From: Lama glama
Taxonomy: Eukaryota
Assembly (NCBI GenBank): GCA_028534125.1
Contig: CM052838.1
Location: forward strand, 57,908,150-57,972,000
Direction: 5' to 3'
Length of the DNA stretch: 63,851 nucleotides
The notes beneath the pieces are model-generated. The model saw only the letters and a program-made list of their open reading frames with translations. It ran no database searches and was not told where the DNA came from. How positions within the stretch are numbered: position 1 is the stretch's first letter; each line of letters opens with the position of its first letter. The position numbers and the translations under genes were made by a program. This document shows positions 21,776 through 35,589 of this stretch, one piece after another.

Positions 21776-24700
21776 AACTGCAGTTTTTAAAGAACTCATT
21801 TCCTGAGGGTATTTGCCTGTAATTAGAGCAATCAGGGGACAGCAGGTGGTGGCACTTTAGCCAGGCGATACTGTAGGGCAATCGGGTGCTGTTGGCCTTC
21901 TAAGAGACGGAAATATTTTGCTACACACACCATCTTTCCTGGAAAGATAATGCCATGGAAAGATTATGACAGAATTTGGGACTGTTACGGTTAGGACTTT
22001 GGAAATAACCAGATCCTANNNNNNNNNNNNNNNNNNNNNNNNNNNNNNNNNNNNNNNNNNNNNNNNNNNNNNNNNNNNNNNNNNNNNNNNNNNNNNNNNN
22101 NNNNNNNNNNNNNNNNNNAGACCATATCCTCTGGGGAGGGGGAAGAGCTAGAGAGCAGATAGTGGTTTAACTTCTCTGCCCAGCTGCCCGTATGAAGGAA
22201 GCTGAAAGGAAAGAATCTCTACCTCTCTTATATGCCTCATACAGATACACCTGGATATCTCACCCAGCCAAGGGGCTGAGCAGAGAAGGCCTGGGGTCAG
22301 AGCAGAAGTGAAGGGTCCCTGTCTCTGCAGGTGACCCCAGAGATTCAAGCACATCAACACGGAAGAAAGGTTTATTTTTCCAAGTCATTCATTTATTTTT
22401 GCATATACGTTAAAGTACTATTTCTCAAACTTTCCCCTTGGCACTAATGCCAGTGTACTCCCCGGGCACTGACAGAATGGAAGAGGATCAGGGATTTAAA
22501 TATTTTAGGCAAAAGCACCAGGTGATTTGTAGGAACCTTTGAAGAAAGACTGATCCTTGAGTACCATTTGGTATGAATTTTACTAATCCTTAACTGTTGC
22601 CCATCTTAACTCTTATCTTAAGTTAGCAACTGCTTAATCTGACCCTGATTTTATGTCCAGATTTGATTAGAATTTATCTAAATTACCCGACCCCTCAGAT
22701 CCCTTCCTCTGATGGGAAGAAAAGTAAGCAGGGGATGGTTTGGTTGGTTGGTTTGTTATTAACAAGATCAAGCAGAGGCTCTGAGCTGCTTTCGTTCTCA
22801 CCTTCCATGAAAGTCAATAAATAATTGGGTTCCTACAGCCATGGTGCTGTCCCCTTCCTTAGTCTGTGATGGTTCACAGAGGGCAGCTCTCTGCTCTTTG
22901 AGCGTTCCTGGTTCGCTTTTCCACCCACCACTCTGCAGAGGGGAAAGCAAGAAGCCCCACAGCGGTCAGAACTGACTCAAACACATTCCATATCCTGCTG
23001 TACGAGAGGGACAAGGCACAGCCTTTGTAAGCCTCGGCCTACCTGTCTGTAAAATGGGACAGACACACAGCGGTACCTTCCCTCTCCATGTGTCCACCCA
23101 CCTCCTAAAGGAAGTTGTTTCCAGTTACTCCAAAGATAAACATTCAGGGACACTGAAAGGAGCTTGTATTCCTACCCAGACAGCTCTAAAACGATTCGAA
23201 CAGCCAGTGTACACGCTTCTAAAGAGATTTGCATGCAAAGGAAGTACAAAGGCCAAAGAAAAGAGATGCCATCTGTGGAGTGAAAGTTATTTTATCAACT
23301 TCTTAACAAATATGTGCAAAAAGGAGACACTCTTCCAGGGTGCTCATCCATTCCCTACCTGCATGAGTTTGGCCTGTAGAAGTGTAAAAGGGTATCTATT
23401 TTCAAAATCATCCAAATCACTGAACCAGGGGAAAAAATAACCAAACCAAACCATTTTGTAAACCAGTTCCCCGAAGAAGGGGGCCTTTATCAGACCAGTC
23501 ATTAGTGATGCTCAGGCCAACGCACAGAAGTCCAGGGGGCTCTCAAGACGGCGGGTCTGTGCAGTCCCATCCCTGACACTGAGCCCAGTGACCGTCGCTC
23601 CGTGCCCAGCTGGCACACAAAAGGAGGCCACGAATCTGGCAGAGGCTCCAGGCAGCAACCAGGTTCTTTTCGGCTTCCTCTTCTCCTGGCTCCACCCTGT
23701 TTTCTCTTGACTCACCCCAATTCCCTGCTATGTAACTCCGAAAGCCCTACCTCAGAGGTGCCCTTGGACCTCCTCATTTGAGCTCCTCCCCATCCGACAG
23801 AGCGGACCACCACCTTCCCAAAGGATGGTCAGGTCCACCATCCTCTGAGGGAGTGCTTGCCCCTCCCCCAGCTACTAGGCTGGGCGGACGGATTGGGTTC
23901 AACACCCAGCAACACCCTTGACTTCAGACCTCAATTTTGGAAAGTTCCTTATTGCCACTAAACCCCTCACCTTAATACCCCTCTGGACCCTGCCCTCCTG
24001 GTACCTGCCACCTGTCAAAGGAGAGGACTTGTTCCCCTTCTATTTGTCTTTTCACCCTGATTTGGTGTGTGGCCTTTTCCTTGTTATTAAATAACCAGGA
24101 TATGTGTTTATTTTGCTCTGGATGAAGAGTCTTACACACATAACAAAACAATAAAAGCGCCAAAGAGCACCTGTTACCTGTTCAGCCCAACTGTGCTTAA
24201 CTGTATTGCCCACGTATTTCAAGGAATGATAATCTCACCCAGATACAGGCGCATCTGGCTCTTGACGTACATCTCCCTTTATGGAGTCTTCTCTGGGGCT
24301 CACGCAGACCTGACTTCCTTTATCAGCACCATGAAGCTGTGCATCTGGCCATCTTTCCCTTTAGTTTATTCCATCACCAGCATATTTTATAAGGAAGGCA
24401 AGTGACTCAGAGTCTCGTGCAATTGATCAAGTAGGCACCCACATCTCCATTTTGCAGACAAGAAAAACAGCACTCATTCTAAATTCTCATGGTTACAAGA
24501 TGGATCTCAGGAGAAAGCCGTTGTTTCTCTTTAGCCCAAGGAACTTGCCGTTATACCATGTTGCCCTCATGGTCGGATCTGTGACAGGACTCCTAAGAGC
24601 TCACACGGGCTTGTAAGCTATTGGATCAGAGGACCTATGTTTTACACCAAGAAGACTCGAAATGGGAAAGTCGCTGCAGGAGAACTGGAGGAAGGAGAGC

Positions 24701-26237
24701 AGCAGGCAGGGGGCTCCAGGATCTGCACTGAGCCAGACACATCAGGACCAACCAGAGCCTGTTGATCTGTCCCCGAGATGGTGCAAAGACCAGGCTGAGA
24801 ACTAGTCCCAGGTGAATATAGTTTCTGCAAAATCATGCTTCTAAAAAGCAGCTAGACCAGATCACATAGATCACACAGATCAGAACTCCAACTCGAGCAC
24901 AAAAAATGGCACAGGACCACAACATCCCACTTCCAAAAGAGAATTTGTCAGAAGGAAAGGAGGCAAGGTGATGCTGCAAAGATGAAGATACGGCCTCAAA
25001 CTTTACAACGTGGCTTCAGTGAATTGCTGCTACTGGATGGATACCCAGCTTCTGTTTTAAAGAAAAATAAACTTAACACTTTTTGGAATTTGGGAGGTAG
25101 GGGTTGGCTACTGGAAAAATTACGTTTTAAATGCTCCCCGCTTCCAACCCCATTCACATTTCCCTGGCTAAGTGGATAGTAGTCACAGGTCCAGAAGTTC
25201 TGCAATATAATCCTTTATTGGGTCGAAAATGTCCCTTGGCTAGCTCGACCCCAAAGCACTCTAAAATGTAACTAGAAAAACCCAAAGGAGTAAAGAGGAG
25301 AATCACACCAGGGTTACGTCCCCACCTCTGGCCCTTGGGTCCCCAGAGAAGGACGACTGCCCCCTTCTCACAGCGCTTTGCTGAGTTTCAGGAGATGGAA
25401 CCGGAAAACAGATGAAAACCGGGTGGGCCTGGCAAACAGGTTTCTGATGGCTGTGTGGTCCCCTCCTTGAGCCCACCCCGGGAAAGTGCATCTTCAGAGC
25501 TGATCTCACTGCTGCTGGCATGGGAGGGGAGACGCTGAGAACCCTACATTCAGGATCCAGGAACCTTCCACTCGGCTCTCTAATGGGCAGAGCGGTGTCC
25601 TCCCCCGGCCACAGTTCTCTGTGAAGCTGCCTCTCTGCACACTGCTGGCTGGGGCTGACGGGCACTCCCCCCCACTCACCTCTGCCTCTTACCTGTCCAC
25701 TCACTGAGGCAGGGCAGGTGAGAGCCTGCTTGGGGCCCCCGGATCAGAGGGTAGCTGCGGAGGACTCCCCTGCTCAGGTGTGCCTTCTATTCTGTTTGTT
25801 TTCAGATCAAACGATGACCTCAGCACAAGAAACACCCAAGAATACGTCTCTATACTTCACTGAGGTCAAGTTAAACACAGCGGGGTGCATACGTTCCAGA
25901 CTGGGTTCCATCTTCGCTGACCAAAGACGTGTGAGTAGCGATAAGCAGGGGAGGGATGAATCTGCCCACCGTCACCCTGCCGACCGCCCCTTGCCTGCTA
26001 AGCCGGGTGCAATACAACTAGGAAAGCCCCAGGGAAAGAACTCAAAGGGATAAAAAGCAAGGGGCACACACAGCAGGCTTCTCCTTTTCCTTTCCTTAGT
26101 GCCACCTGTCCCTGGACACCGTGCTTTCTAGCACTTTCTGGACATGGTGCTTCTGTGTGCTCTCTGGCCGTGCCTGGTCTCCCCACTTAGGGACCATTTG
26201 GGACATCTTCTTCTTCTGAGGGACCCTTACACTAGAG

Positions 26238-26453
26238 CAGGGGCCGACAAGCTTTTTTCTGCAAAGGGCCAGAGAGTATGTATTTTCAGTTTTGCAGGTC
26301 ATGGAGTCTGTCACAACTCAGCTCTGCCATCGCGGAGCAGAACAGCCGCAGATGACGTGTGAATGACCAGGTGGCTGTGCTCCAATAAAACCTCATTTAC
26401 AAAAGCAGGCAACGGGCCAGATCAGCCCATGGGCTGGAGTCTGCCATCCGCTG
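26238..26453 (+). mobile_element. MER58A hAT-Charlie MITE
   Basis: CAGGGG...CCGCTG termini; 'aaagggccagagagta', 'ccaataaaac'; 8-bp TSD CACTAGAG/CACTAGGC. Confidence 0.85.
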
Positions 26454-28265
26454 CACTAGGCTACCTCCTCCCTCTTAACCAAACCCGCCTGCCCCGCATC
26501 CCAGGTGGCTGAGATCTGCGTTCTAAGCCCAGCGATAACGTGATGCCCTTCATACCTTCCTGGGTGAAGGTGCCTCCATCCGCCTCCCCTCCCAGGGGTC
26601 ACAGGTACATTTATTAAGTGCCTCTGATTGTTCCACCCATCTCAAAGGAAGGGCCCCTATCCTGGCAATTCTAGACACGTTAGGGATCTAAATGGAGCCG
26701 AGGGCAGAGACAGTCACATGTTACCACATCTTCTCCCACCTGTTGGACCTGGCCTGTCACCACCTACGTGTGAGAGCTTTTCTTTCCATCTTCACCTGTG
26801 CTCCCCTTTGACCAGTGAAAATTCCACACTCTCTTTTAATGCTATTTGACATTAAAACTACATCAAACAGCTGACCAACAAGTTTGTTTTCAAACAATAT
26901 ACACCCTCCCCATCCCCCATCATCCCAACCACCCAGACCCTGACAGGACCTCTAGGGAGAGAGATTCTCCAGCCTCTCCTTTAGAATCATTTCTAAGTAG
27001 TTGAGCTGTTACTTGCAGGATCCCAGAACCTGAAACACTCCTAGAATCTTAGGCTGGGAAGGGATCCAGAACACAGAGTAGAATACCGCTCTCCCACCTA
27101 CCCCCCAGTTAAGAGGTCCAATGACTGCTTCCTTTACCACCTCTGCTGATCAAAAGGTCCAAACAAGGAAGAGCACTGATTGTCTAGGGCAATGGGGTGC
27201 CCTCTTGCCGCTGGGGCAACTTCTGTCACTAAGATGATGTCTTCGCACAACAAAGTTGGAAAACGGCCCTAAGCGTCCTGGATAATTCAAACAACAGCTG
27301 TCCCTGTGGTTTTGGAGCTGTGGCTCACTTCTTAATCAAAAGGCATTTGGCCTACAGGAGAGGGGTCCCATAAATCACAGGAAGTTTCAAGAAGTTAACA
27401 AAAGGATTCCAGGCGGGAGGCGACCAGAGAGAGGGAAATCTGATCTTCGTCTGTTTTATTAAGTTAACATTTTTCTACCAGCATTTGTCTCCTCCTCTCT
27501 AAAATTCCTCCACTGACATGAAGGGTAAAGGAGCAAATCTATGGCTCACAAACCCTCAAGTGGGTGGGCCATGAGTCTCCCCCTCCCTCAAATATCAGCT
27601 TCAAGACCAAATAGAACACCTCCCCCTTCCTCATGAGCAATAAATTAGAAATAAGTTGGAGTTCACAGCTAGAGAACTTGAGACAACCCTGATACAGGCT
27701 TTAAAAAAAGAAAAGATCGCATCTCAAGTTACAATATGTAAGCCGGTCTGGCTTTTTACTCAATATTATGGTTGGCTCAGTGGCAGGACGTGTTCAGAGA
27801 CTACCTCTTAGTGTCTTAGGAAACATTTCGCTCTACCTTAACTGACAGTGTGGTCTCTGGAAGAAAGCAGGCTGAGTGGGGTTTTCATGCCAACTGTATG
27901 CACCTCTAGCATCCATGAAACTCTATGGACATCACACCTGAGCTCCCTTCTACTTATTCCTGGAGCAAGAGAACACCCCCTCATTCTGCACGTGCACACG
28001 TATTTTGGGTACCACCTAGAAACATGCAAGAATCCTTCCCCTTTGAGGCACAGTCCACGTAACAGCTATCAAGGGATTTCAAATGATCAAATATGAGAGA
28101 ATATTTCAGTTAACTCTCAGATTCAACTGGTTTCACTGCAGACTTTCAAAGGAGCTGGGTTTGGAGAAGTGAGATCCGGCCACCAAGAACTGGAAGATTG
28201 AGTTCTATGAAGACACTTAGACTCGTTCCAGCGCAGTTTTCCTTTCATTTGGCTTTTCTGGCTTG

Positions 28266-28620
28266 TTACCTGGCTGGCTGGAGGCTAGAACCACTGACGG
28301 TCTGGCAAACGCAGGTACAAACAGAGACAAGGCCTGCTGGAGTCACTTTGTAAACAGAGTTGACATGTGGGTAAACGATGTCGCAGTGCTCTTGCTCCAG
28401 GCCAGCTGATGGCTTCCCTGGGGCTTCACAGTCCGGGAGGCGGCCCATCCTACCTGCCAGGAGAGCCACCGCCAGCAAACCACTCCTCTGCCCCTGAAGC
28501 CAGCAGTGGACTGCTGCCAGTGAGCCAGGTTGGACTTAAATGTTAACTTTAAAGGACTCAATGGACAGAGTATGCGATGATTTGTAATTAATGTAACTGA
28601 TTTGTAATCAATTACCTGCC
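28266..28620. promoter_or_regulatory. Candidate endodermal (liver/gut) enhancer or alternative promoter
   Basis: Forkhead motifs TACAAACA (28316-28323), TGTAAACA (28349-28356) and GGTAAACG (28370-28377). HNF1-like CTTAAATGTTAAC near 28535. ONECUT-like AATCAAT near 28606. Minus-strand donors CAG|GTAACA (28270) and CAG|GTAGGA (~28455). Confidence 0.35.
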
Positions 28621-28673
28621 TGATTCTAAAGCCAGTTTTGAGACCTGTAAGCCTAAAATTGTATAACCCAGAG

Positions 28674-28858
28674 CAGGAGGTGGCAAACTACGGCCTCGAG
28701 GCCCAAATCTTGTTTTAGTAAATGAAGTTTTATTGAAACCCAGCCATGTCCATTTTATTCGCATATTGTCTGTGGCTCCTTTTTGTTTTGCAGAGAAAGA
28801 GTTAAGTCATTGTGATATTTACTACCTGGGCCTTTACCAAAAAGTTTGCAGACTCCTG
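28674..28858 (-). mobile_element. MER58-like MITE
   Basis: 'caggaggtggcaaactacggcc...gttttattgaaacccagcca...aaaagtttgcagactcctg'. Confidence 0.75.
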
Positions 28859-29754
28859 CACGAGGGAAGGATATACAGGTGAGATGCTGACGGCGACTCA
28901 TTCCCAGAGATGGTCGTGTCCATTAGTTCACAAACTGACGCAAAAATCAGATTCACCCTGAACATCTGATAGTAGTAGATTGGTTGGGGCAATCCTGTCA
29001 ACTTTGGGTGACATGGTATGCAGCCATCAAAAATTACATTTATAAATCTATGGAAGACCTAATATTTCATTAAGTGAAAAGTGCAGAATACAAAATACGT
29101 TCCTAATTAATCTCAACTAAGAAAAAAAATAAAAAGTTGTTTTGCAGAGAAAAATCACCAGATGAAAACAACACACCAAAACTTGAGCATCTGCAATGTG
29201 GGAACTTGGGTGATTTTTCTTTTCTTCGTTAGACTTTAAGGGTTTTTAAAAGCCGTTTCTACAGTAAATACTACCTTTCTGAGAAGAAGACATTTATTTT
29301 AAGACTATGAAGTAAAGAGTTCATACACTGTAGATTATAGTGGGGGAAGTTGTGCTTGGGAGAAAATTATCTTACTGCTGAGCTGCAGGCTGCCAAGTTA
29401 AAACAAGGAAAGAGAGGGAGGAAGGGAGGGAAAGAGGAGGGAGGGAGGAAGACAAAGGTCATCTGATTCTCTGTCTAAAAAAGGCTATTTCAGTTTCCAG
29501 GAGAGATGAAATATTTTCCTGGCGAAGGTTCTCAGGAGACTAGGTCCACGTACATGCGTAGGCTCTTCAGCGATGGAAGTAAAGGTCGGGGAGCTGATTT
29601 CTGACTGTTCTTCTGATTGGAGATATTCTCAGATAAGGGTAACCATGAAGACTCTGGCGAAGGGTAAACAAGAGTGTTCTCCTTGGGTTTTGAAAAAAAT
29701 CGAATGTCCCCCAAAACCAAGGATTAACCAAACATTTGTGAAAAAAGAAATTAC

Positions 29755-29873
29755 CTGGAATGCTTGGTAAAACCTGCCATACCCAAAACAATGGTAGTGT
29801 CTCCACGTGAATTCATTGCACAGTTCTGGCTGTGTTTGTGATTGTGCAAAGCTGCCTAATAACAAAATTGGAG
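29755..29873 (-). other. Candidate internal (probably 5'-UTR) exon of a minus-strand host gene; resembles from memory an RBM47 5'-UTR exon
   Basis: Acceptor TTCTTCTAG|CTCC (AG at 29875-29874), alternative acceptor TTTTGTTATTAG|GCAG (exon start 29855), donor CCAG|GTAATT at 29755/29754. Sequence is non-repetitive. The gene identity is recollection only, not verified. Confidence 0.5.
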
Positions 29874-31173
29874 CTAGAAGAACTGACCGGCTGAAGTGTT
29901 AAAAACAGAGATTTTGCCATTTTTCCCAGACTAGACATTGAAATGCTACATAGCAAAGTAATAGACACTTGCAGACTATGTGGTTAGCAGACCTTTCCAC
30001 AGATACGCTTTTATTTTCTATTTACTTCTACACAAAGCTTTTAACCAAAGATGGAGAAAAGAAAGATGATTATTACATTGTACAAAATGACTTCAAACAT
30101 AAAAGAAAAGGGAAAGACAAAGAAAATAAAGCCCGTCCACCTCTTTAATTCCATCTATTGTGAAGGCTAAGAAACCCAGAATTCTGCTTCCCTGACATCA
30201 CACGGAATCTCTTAAAGTTAGAATCCAAGCCCTTTTAGCCAAATTAAATTGAGGAATGAGGTTTGATTACTGTTAAAAGCAGAAAGTAGGACAAACTTAA
30301 GAGACAGTCATATATCACCAAGTTCCCAGTCCTGGAAGAGTCTTTGAACTGTGAAAAGAACTACCCAGAATGAAAAGCAGAAGAAAGATGTGTCAAAAGC
30401 ATTTAAATCGCCAGTCACACCATCCGCGCTGCTCACTCCCAGAGATCTAACACAGGGAATGAGGTCTCTCTACCTCCAGCCCAAGCGCAAAATAATCTTC
30501 TCACCAACAAGTTCAAGCACAGCAGTGAGTCTCCTGGTCTTGATTTAGATGAAAAGAGTAGCTGGGGACTCACAGCCAGTGAGTCCCTGAGTTAGCAATT
30601 GACTTAAAAAAAATATAACCTTGATCTGAAAATATATATACTACTTGCATCTCACCTCTTTTATACATTGCAAGGAAGTGTGCTGATGAAGAAAAAGGGA
30701 TTTAGAGGCTATTTCCTTATAAAATGCAAAGACATACTTGAAATAAAATCGCCTCTCTTTGAGAGTGGCACCGTCAATTTCCTAACACAGGAGAAGCACT
30801 GGGTCAGCAATCTGGCCATGGTGGGGACGGAAACTTTCCTTAAAGTTGCATCTGCACAGCAAATGTACGGTTTTCTTTTTAGTTAGAGTGTTTGTTACAA
30901 ATAATTAAAAATAAAGATGCTTTCATTTGTGTCAGATAAAATCAAGAAAGAAAACATCAATTTTCCATTTTAAAAGGAATATTATTATTTTTACTGAAGG
31001 TCGCTTTGGGAAGAGGGTGATGGAGATTACGAACATCAAAGCTCACCCCTCAACAAAGTCACCCCAAGTTACCAACAGTAAGGATAGAATACTTCATTTA
31101 AAAAACTGTGTGAATGTAAAATGCTACTAACTGAAAGGTACTTTTATGTGAAAGAAGAAAGAGAGGGAAGGAG

Positions 31174-31221
31174 GGAAGGAAGGAAGGAAGGAAGGAAGGA
31201 AGGAAGGAAGGAAGGAAGGAA
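31174..31221. repeat. (GGAA)12 microsatellite
   Basis: Direct read. Confidence 0.95.
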
Positions 31222-31683
31222 ATGGAAAGGAAAAGGCAGGAGGAAAGAAAGACAAATATGAAGGTTTAAGATGCCACTGATTATAAGATGTGTCGTGATT
31301 TCAAAAATGTTAGGAGGTTGGGTGGGGAAGTGTATCTTAGACTTAATGAAATATGTTAGGTTTTTCAAATGAATGATATTCCAGAGTCACCTACATTTTA
31401 TCAGTTTCGTCAGAAAACTTGTAAGCTGGAAAGGTTGTATCTCAGCTCGCTCAGGGCCGGCAAGGGTTGTTTTCTTAACTTACTAGTAACTCCTTTCTAC
31501 AGATATGCAAAAGGATAATGGTAATCTGTTACCTGAGCTGGATGGAGACTAAATGGGTACTTAATGGTAATTAAACATCATGGTTAATACAGAGTTATAT
31601 TTATCAAACAATTGAAATATAATATCATGCATTTAATATCAAGATGATATTTAACATTACTCTTTAATGGTACATATTTTTAA

Positions 31684-31972
31684 TTTTTTTAAATATAGTT
31701 TATGCATATTATATAAATGACAGGTGTATACTATAGTGATTTATAATTTTTAAAGGTTATACACTTCATTTACAGTTATTATAAAATATTTGCTATATTC
31801 TCCATGTTGCACGATATATCCTTGTAGTTACTTTATACTTAGTAGCTACTTTAATAGTTTGTACCTCTTAATCCCCTCCCCTTATCTTGCCCAACTTCCT
31901 GCCCTCTCCCCGCTGGCAACCACTAGTCTGTTCTCTATATCTGTGAGTCTGCTTCTTTTTTGTTATGTATCT
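31684..31972 (-). mobile_element. Artiodactyl L1 3' UTR fragment
   Basis: 'aatagtttgtacctcttaatcccc...ggcaaccactagtctgttctctatatctgtgagtctgcttc'. Confidence 0.8.
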
Positions 31973-33046
31973 TTAACAATATATTTAATGCCTCAAAGTC
32001 GTAATTAAGAACACTACTGTCCATTACACAGTGAAAATGAAAAGTAATCATTATTAAATTATATAAAATTATGTATGACCAAATATATAATATTAATAAA
32101 TAATTCCATTAGTAGATATTGTAGGGCCTTCACTACCTCTAATAGGTTCTCATCAGTAAATAGGGATTGCCAGACTTGGTGGGCCTTTCAGCTCAATATT
32201 CTGTTGCCAGTAACAGCCCTGAGACACCCGTGTTGGGAGGACCCAGCTCTGCCCTCTATCAGCCCCGATCACAGAGGCATGGCATAGATACTCTTAGCAG
32301 TGATTTATCATTACAGAATCCCTGTGCTTTTCCAGATCCTGGTGAATACACTTTTCCCTCTGAGCTGTACAAAGCATCATGAAGAAAGAGAGGGCCTCTG
32401 ACAGCCCTCTAGCCCAGCCTCCCTCCCTCCAGATCCCTGAGAAATGATTGCTCAACCTCACGCCTGGTACAAAGTAAGCCCTCAATAAATAGCTGTTGAA
32501 TGAGAGGCTACATCATTTCTACATCAATACTCAGAGTGGGTGGGGCCTGACCAGCCTGAGAAGAGACTTGACATCAAACGCTTTACTTCTGTTAACACAG
32601 TGTAAGATTCCATCACCTTTAATTCAGCTGCAACACACCATTGATTCACACTGAGTCAACTGAGACCACAAACAAGATGTGGCCGTCCTCCTGTATTTGG
32701 GGATCTGGTTCTTTGAATCTAAGAGTAGAATGTTATCTACGTCTCCTAAGGCAAGAAGTGTTTACCTTTTAAGGGCCCAGGCTGAGCTTGGATGACTAGT
32801 TGTCCTCAGAGCATAAAACAATACAAGCTCCTGAGGGCAGGACCTTGGCCATGTGGTTTACTATCAAGCTGCCAATGATGAGAACAATGCTTGACCCAGT
32901 AGGGGTGCTGAATGAATAATCTGAGTGCGTGAATCCCATCACATTTTATTGTACGTTTGGTCCATCATTTAAGTTGCTCAAGGTTCTTGGGGATCTTGAC
33001 TCATCAGCTGTAGGCAGAATTCCTCCAAGCATCCTACTGTCTGCTC

Positions 33047-33375
33047 CAAGGGACGGCAAGCTCCACCCACACACCGAGCCCAGCCCACCATCTTCTTTTG
33101 TACAACCCCATGCGCTAAGAATGGCTTTCACAGTTTTAGTTAGCTGGAGGGGACAATTCAAAGAAGAACAGTATTTCATGATGAGTGAAAATGATATGGA
33201 ATTTAAATTTCAGCATCCAAAAATAAAGTTATATTGGAACACAGCCATACACATTTATTACACCTTCTCCATAGCGGCTTCTGAACTACAGCAGAGTTGA
33301 GCAGATGCAACCGAGGCCACAGAGACCAGAAAACCTAATATATTCTCTGTGGCCCTTTACAGAATAAATCTGAGC
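33047..33375. mobile_element. MER58B-like MITE
   Basis: 'gctaagaatggctttcacagtttt', 'aaatgatatggaatttaaatttcag', 'ggccctttacagaa'. Confidence 0.75.
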
Positions 33376-35589
33376 ACTCACATTATTACTGTCCTCCTCT
33401 TAATCATTATTTAAAATATTAAACAGAGCAAAATCAAGGACCGAAGCTGAAACTGCTTGCACACTCTGGAGACCTCCTTCCAGTAAGATTCAACCGACTT
33501 TTACCAACCAGTGGGTGTTCTTCAACTGGATATGTATTCTCAGATTGCATTTGGCTCCCATTTTTCCATCCTGTCCCCAAAGGCTCCATGGGATGTAGAG
33601 ACGGTGATGGGTTTGAGAATTTCCTGAGTGCTGCAGCCCTCATTCTAACAGCTCTCCAAGGCAGGTAATAGAACAGGGAGGCATTCAACCTCCGGCAGGT
33701 GAGGTATGTAAGTGAGAGCAGAAGACCATCACATCTTAGAATGCAACTCAGTCAACGGAACAACATGAATCCCTGCTGTGTCCTCAATGATGCGCTTGAC
33801 CTTGGAGAATCCCATCCACAATGAGGAGTCTCACCTGGTCTCTGCTTTTCACTTGGGGTCTCCATCCCACCTCCCTCATATCCTGCTTATTGCCCTCTCT
33901 TTACACAAGGATGCCTCCTTATTGAAGCCTGAACTTATTAAAAATATATGTATTTCTGAGGCTAAATGACTTGGCAAATTAATTTCAGCCTTAAATAACA
34001 AACCCCCCTTAGACTGCAAGGAGGGACAAGGGAGCTGAGAAACTCTCTCTCTGCTGAACTACAGGGAAGAGATGAATTGATCTTCTGAATCAATTATCTT
34101 TTATTTCTCTCAAATAACCTATCATTTGGTTTCCATAAAGTTCTGGCCGCTGTCTTCTGGAAAATTCACAGAGCCAACATGAAAAAGGGAGGAAATGATT
34201 AAAGAGAATTTTCTCTCAATGCCACTAATTTGTTGAAGCCCCTTCAAAGTTCTGAGCAATGGCACCCAAGCAGCTCAGGTCCTGACTCTCTGGGATTGCC
34301 CCTGCCTTTTCACTCATCCTCTGGCAACTGCTGACTGCCAAAAAGAAGCCACGGTGTGGTGCAGGGAGCTGCTTGCAGGTGAGTCTTCAATCTGGATGGC
34401 AAAGGTCCAAAGCAGAAAAGGCCTGGGAAGATGTCCCATAACACCCAATTGCACTGGGAGAAATTCGCCCAGGAATAAACCACAGAATGCTAAAGCGGCA
34501 GCTGTTGTCAAATCTGGTTTAGACCACAGAACTGAAGGAGAAAGAAAGAGCCAGCGGAAATTATGAAGCAGAGATGGGCACCATTTCATCCCTGGAAACA
34601 GTGGCTAAGAGCTGCTGAGCATTGGCGTCAATGAGACTTGCCTCTCCCAGAAGGCCTCCCAGATCCCTCCACATCTCCAAGATCTCCCTCTTGGCCAACC
34701 TCCCACAGTGCTCACCTTCCATAGAAATTATTTTCACCCTTAACAGCAGACTGCTTGGACTTGTGCGCTACGTCTTGGCTACTCCCTAGAGTGTGGCATT
34801 GCCGGAGTGGCTTTGGATCACGTTGTATGTTCCTATGTACCCCTCAGAGCGCCTGAATATACATGGTAAGCACATAATACTTATCAACAGAATGAAGAGT
34901 GGAAAAATGGCCGTATTTTTCCTTTCACTAAATCTGAAGAAGGCATTTTCTAAAGATGAGGTGCCCTCTGAGCAAGACAGATTTAACTCCTGCCCTTTTT
35001 GCTCTTATTTGACAGTTTTTAAAATGCTGTCCATTTAAATGGAGCTTCTGTTTCTGATGAGTGAAGAAGTCATTGACAGCTGTAGACCTCCTGGGCCACT
35101 GAGAGTTTCATATTGCAGAAAGAAAGGCCATGCTGGTTCCAAGCAACAGAGCTCATTTCCGCCCATCAATGACATCAGTGCACTTGCATATGGAAAACTG
35201 AGATAGAGGTGAATTATTTAGCCACAGTGCTAGCCTTTTCCACATCCAGTGACCTCACTGTAGTAATATCAGCATTTCTAGATGGCACAGATCTGTCACT
35301 CAGATGAACACTTCAGTAAGATTTTAATCTTTCATTTTCTATCGTAATGCAAACAATAACAAGACAGAACCTCCCCATAGGTAATTCACATTAAGAAATT
35401 CCAGAAGCTATAGTACATCACAACAGATAGTGAAGAAATTATAAAAATAGTCATATTATGCTCTGTCTTATTGAATTTTGCTTTCTTTTTCTTACTTGGG
35501 GTTGGTTGGAGACTGTAGCATCTGTTTCTTAAAATTTAAAAATGGTAAAATTAAAAAAAAAAAAAGCTTTTCAGCCCTGATGAAATAAC

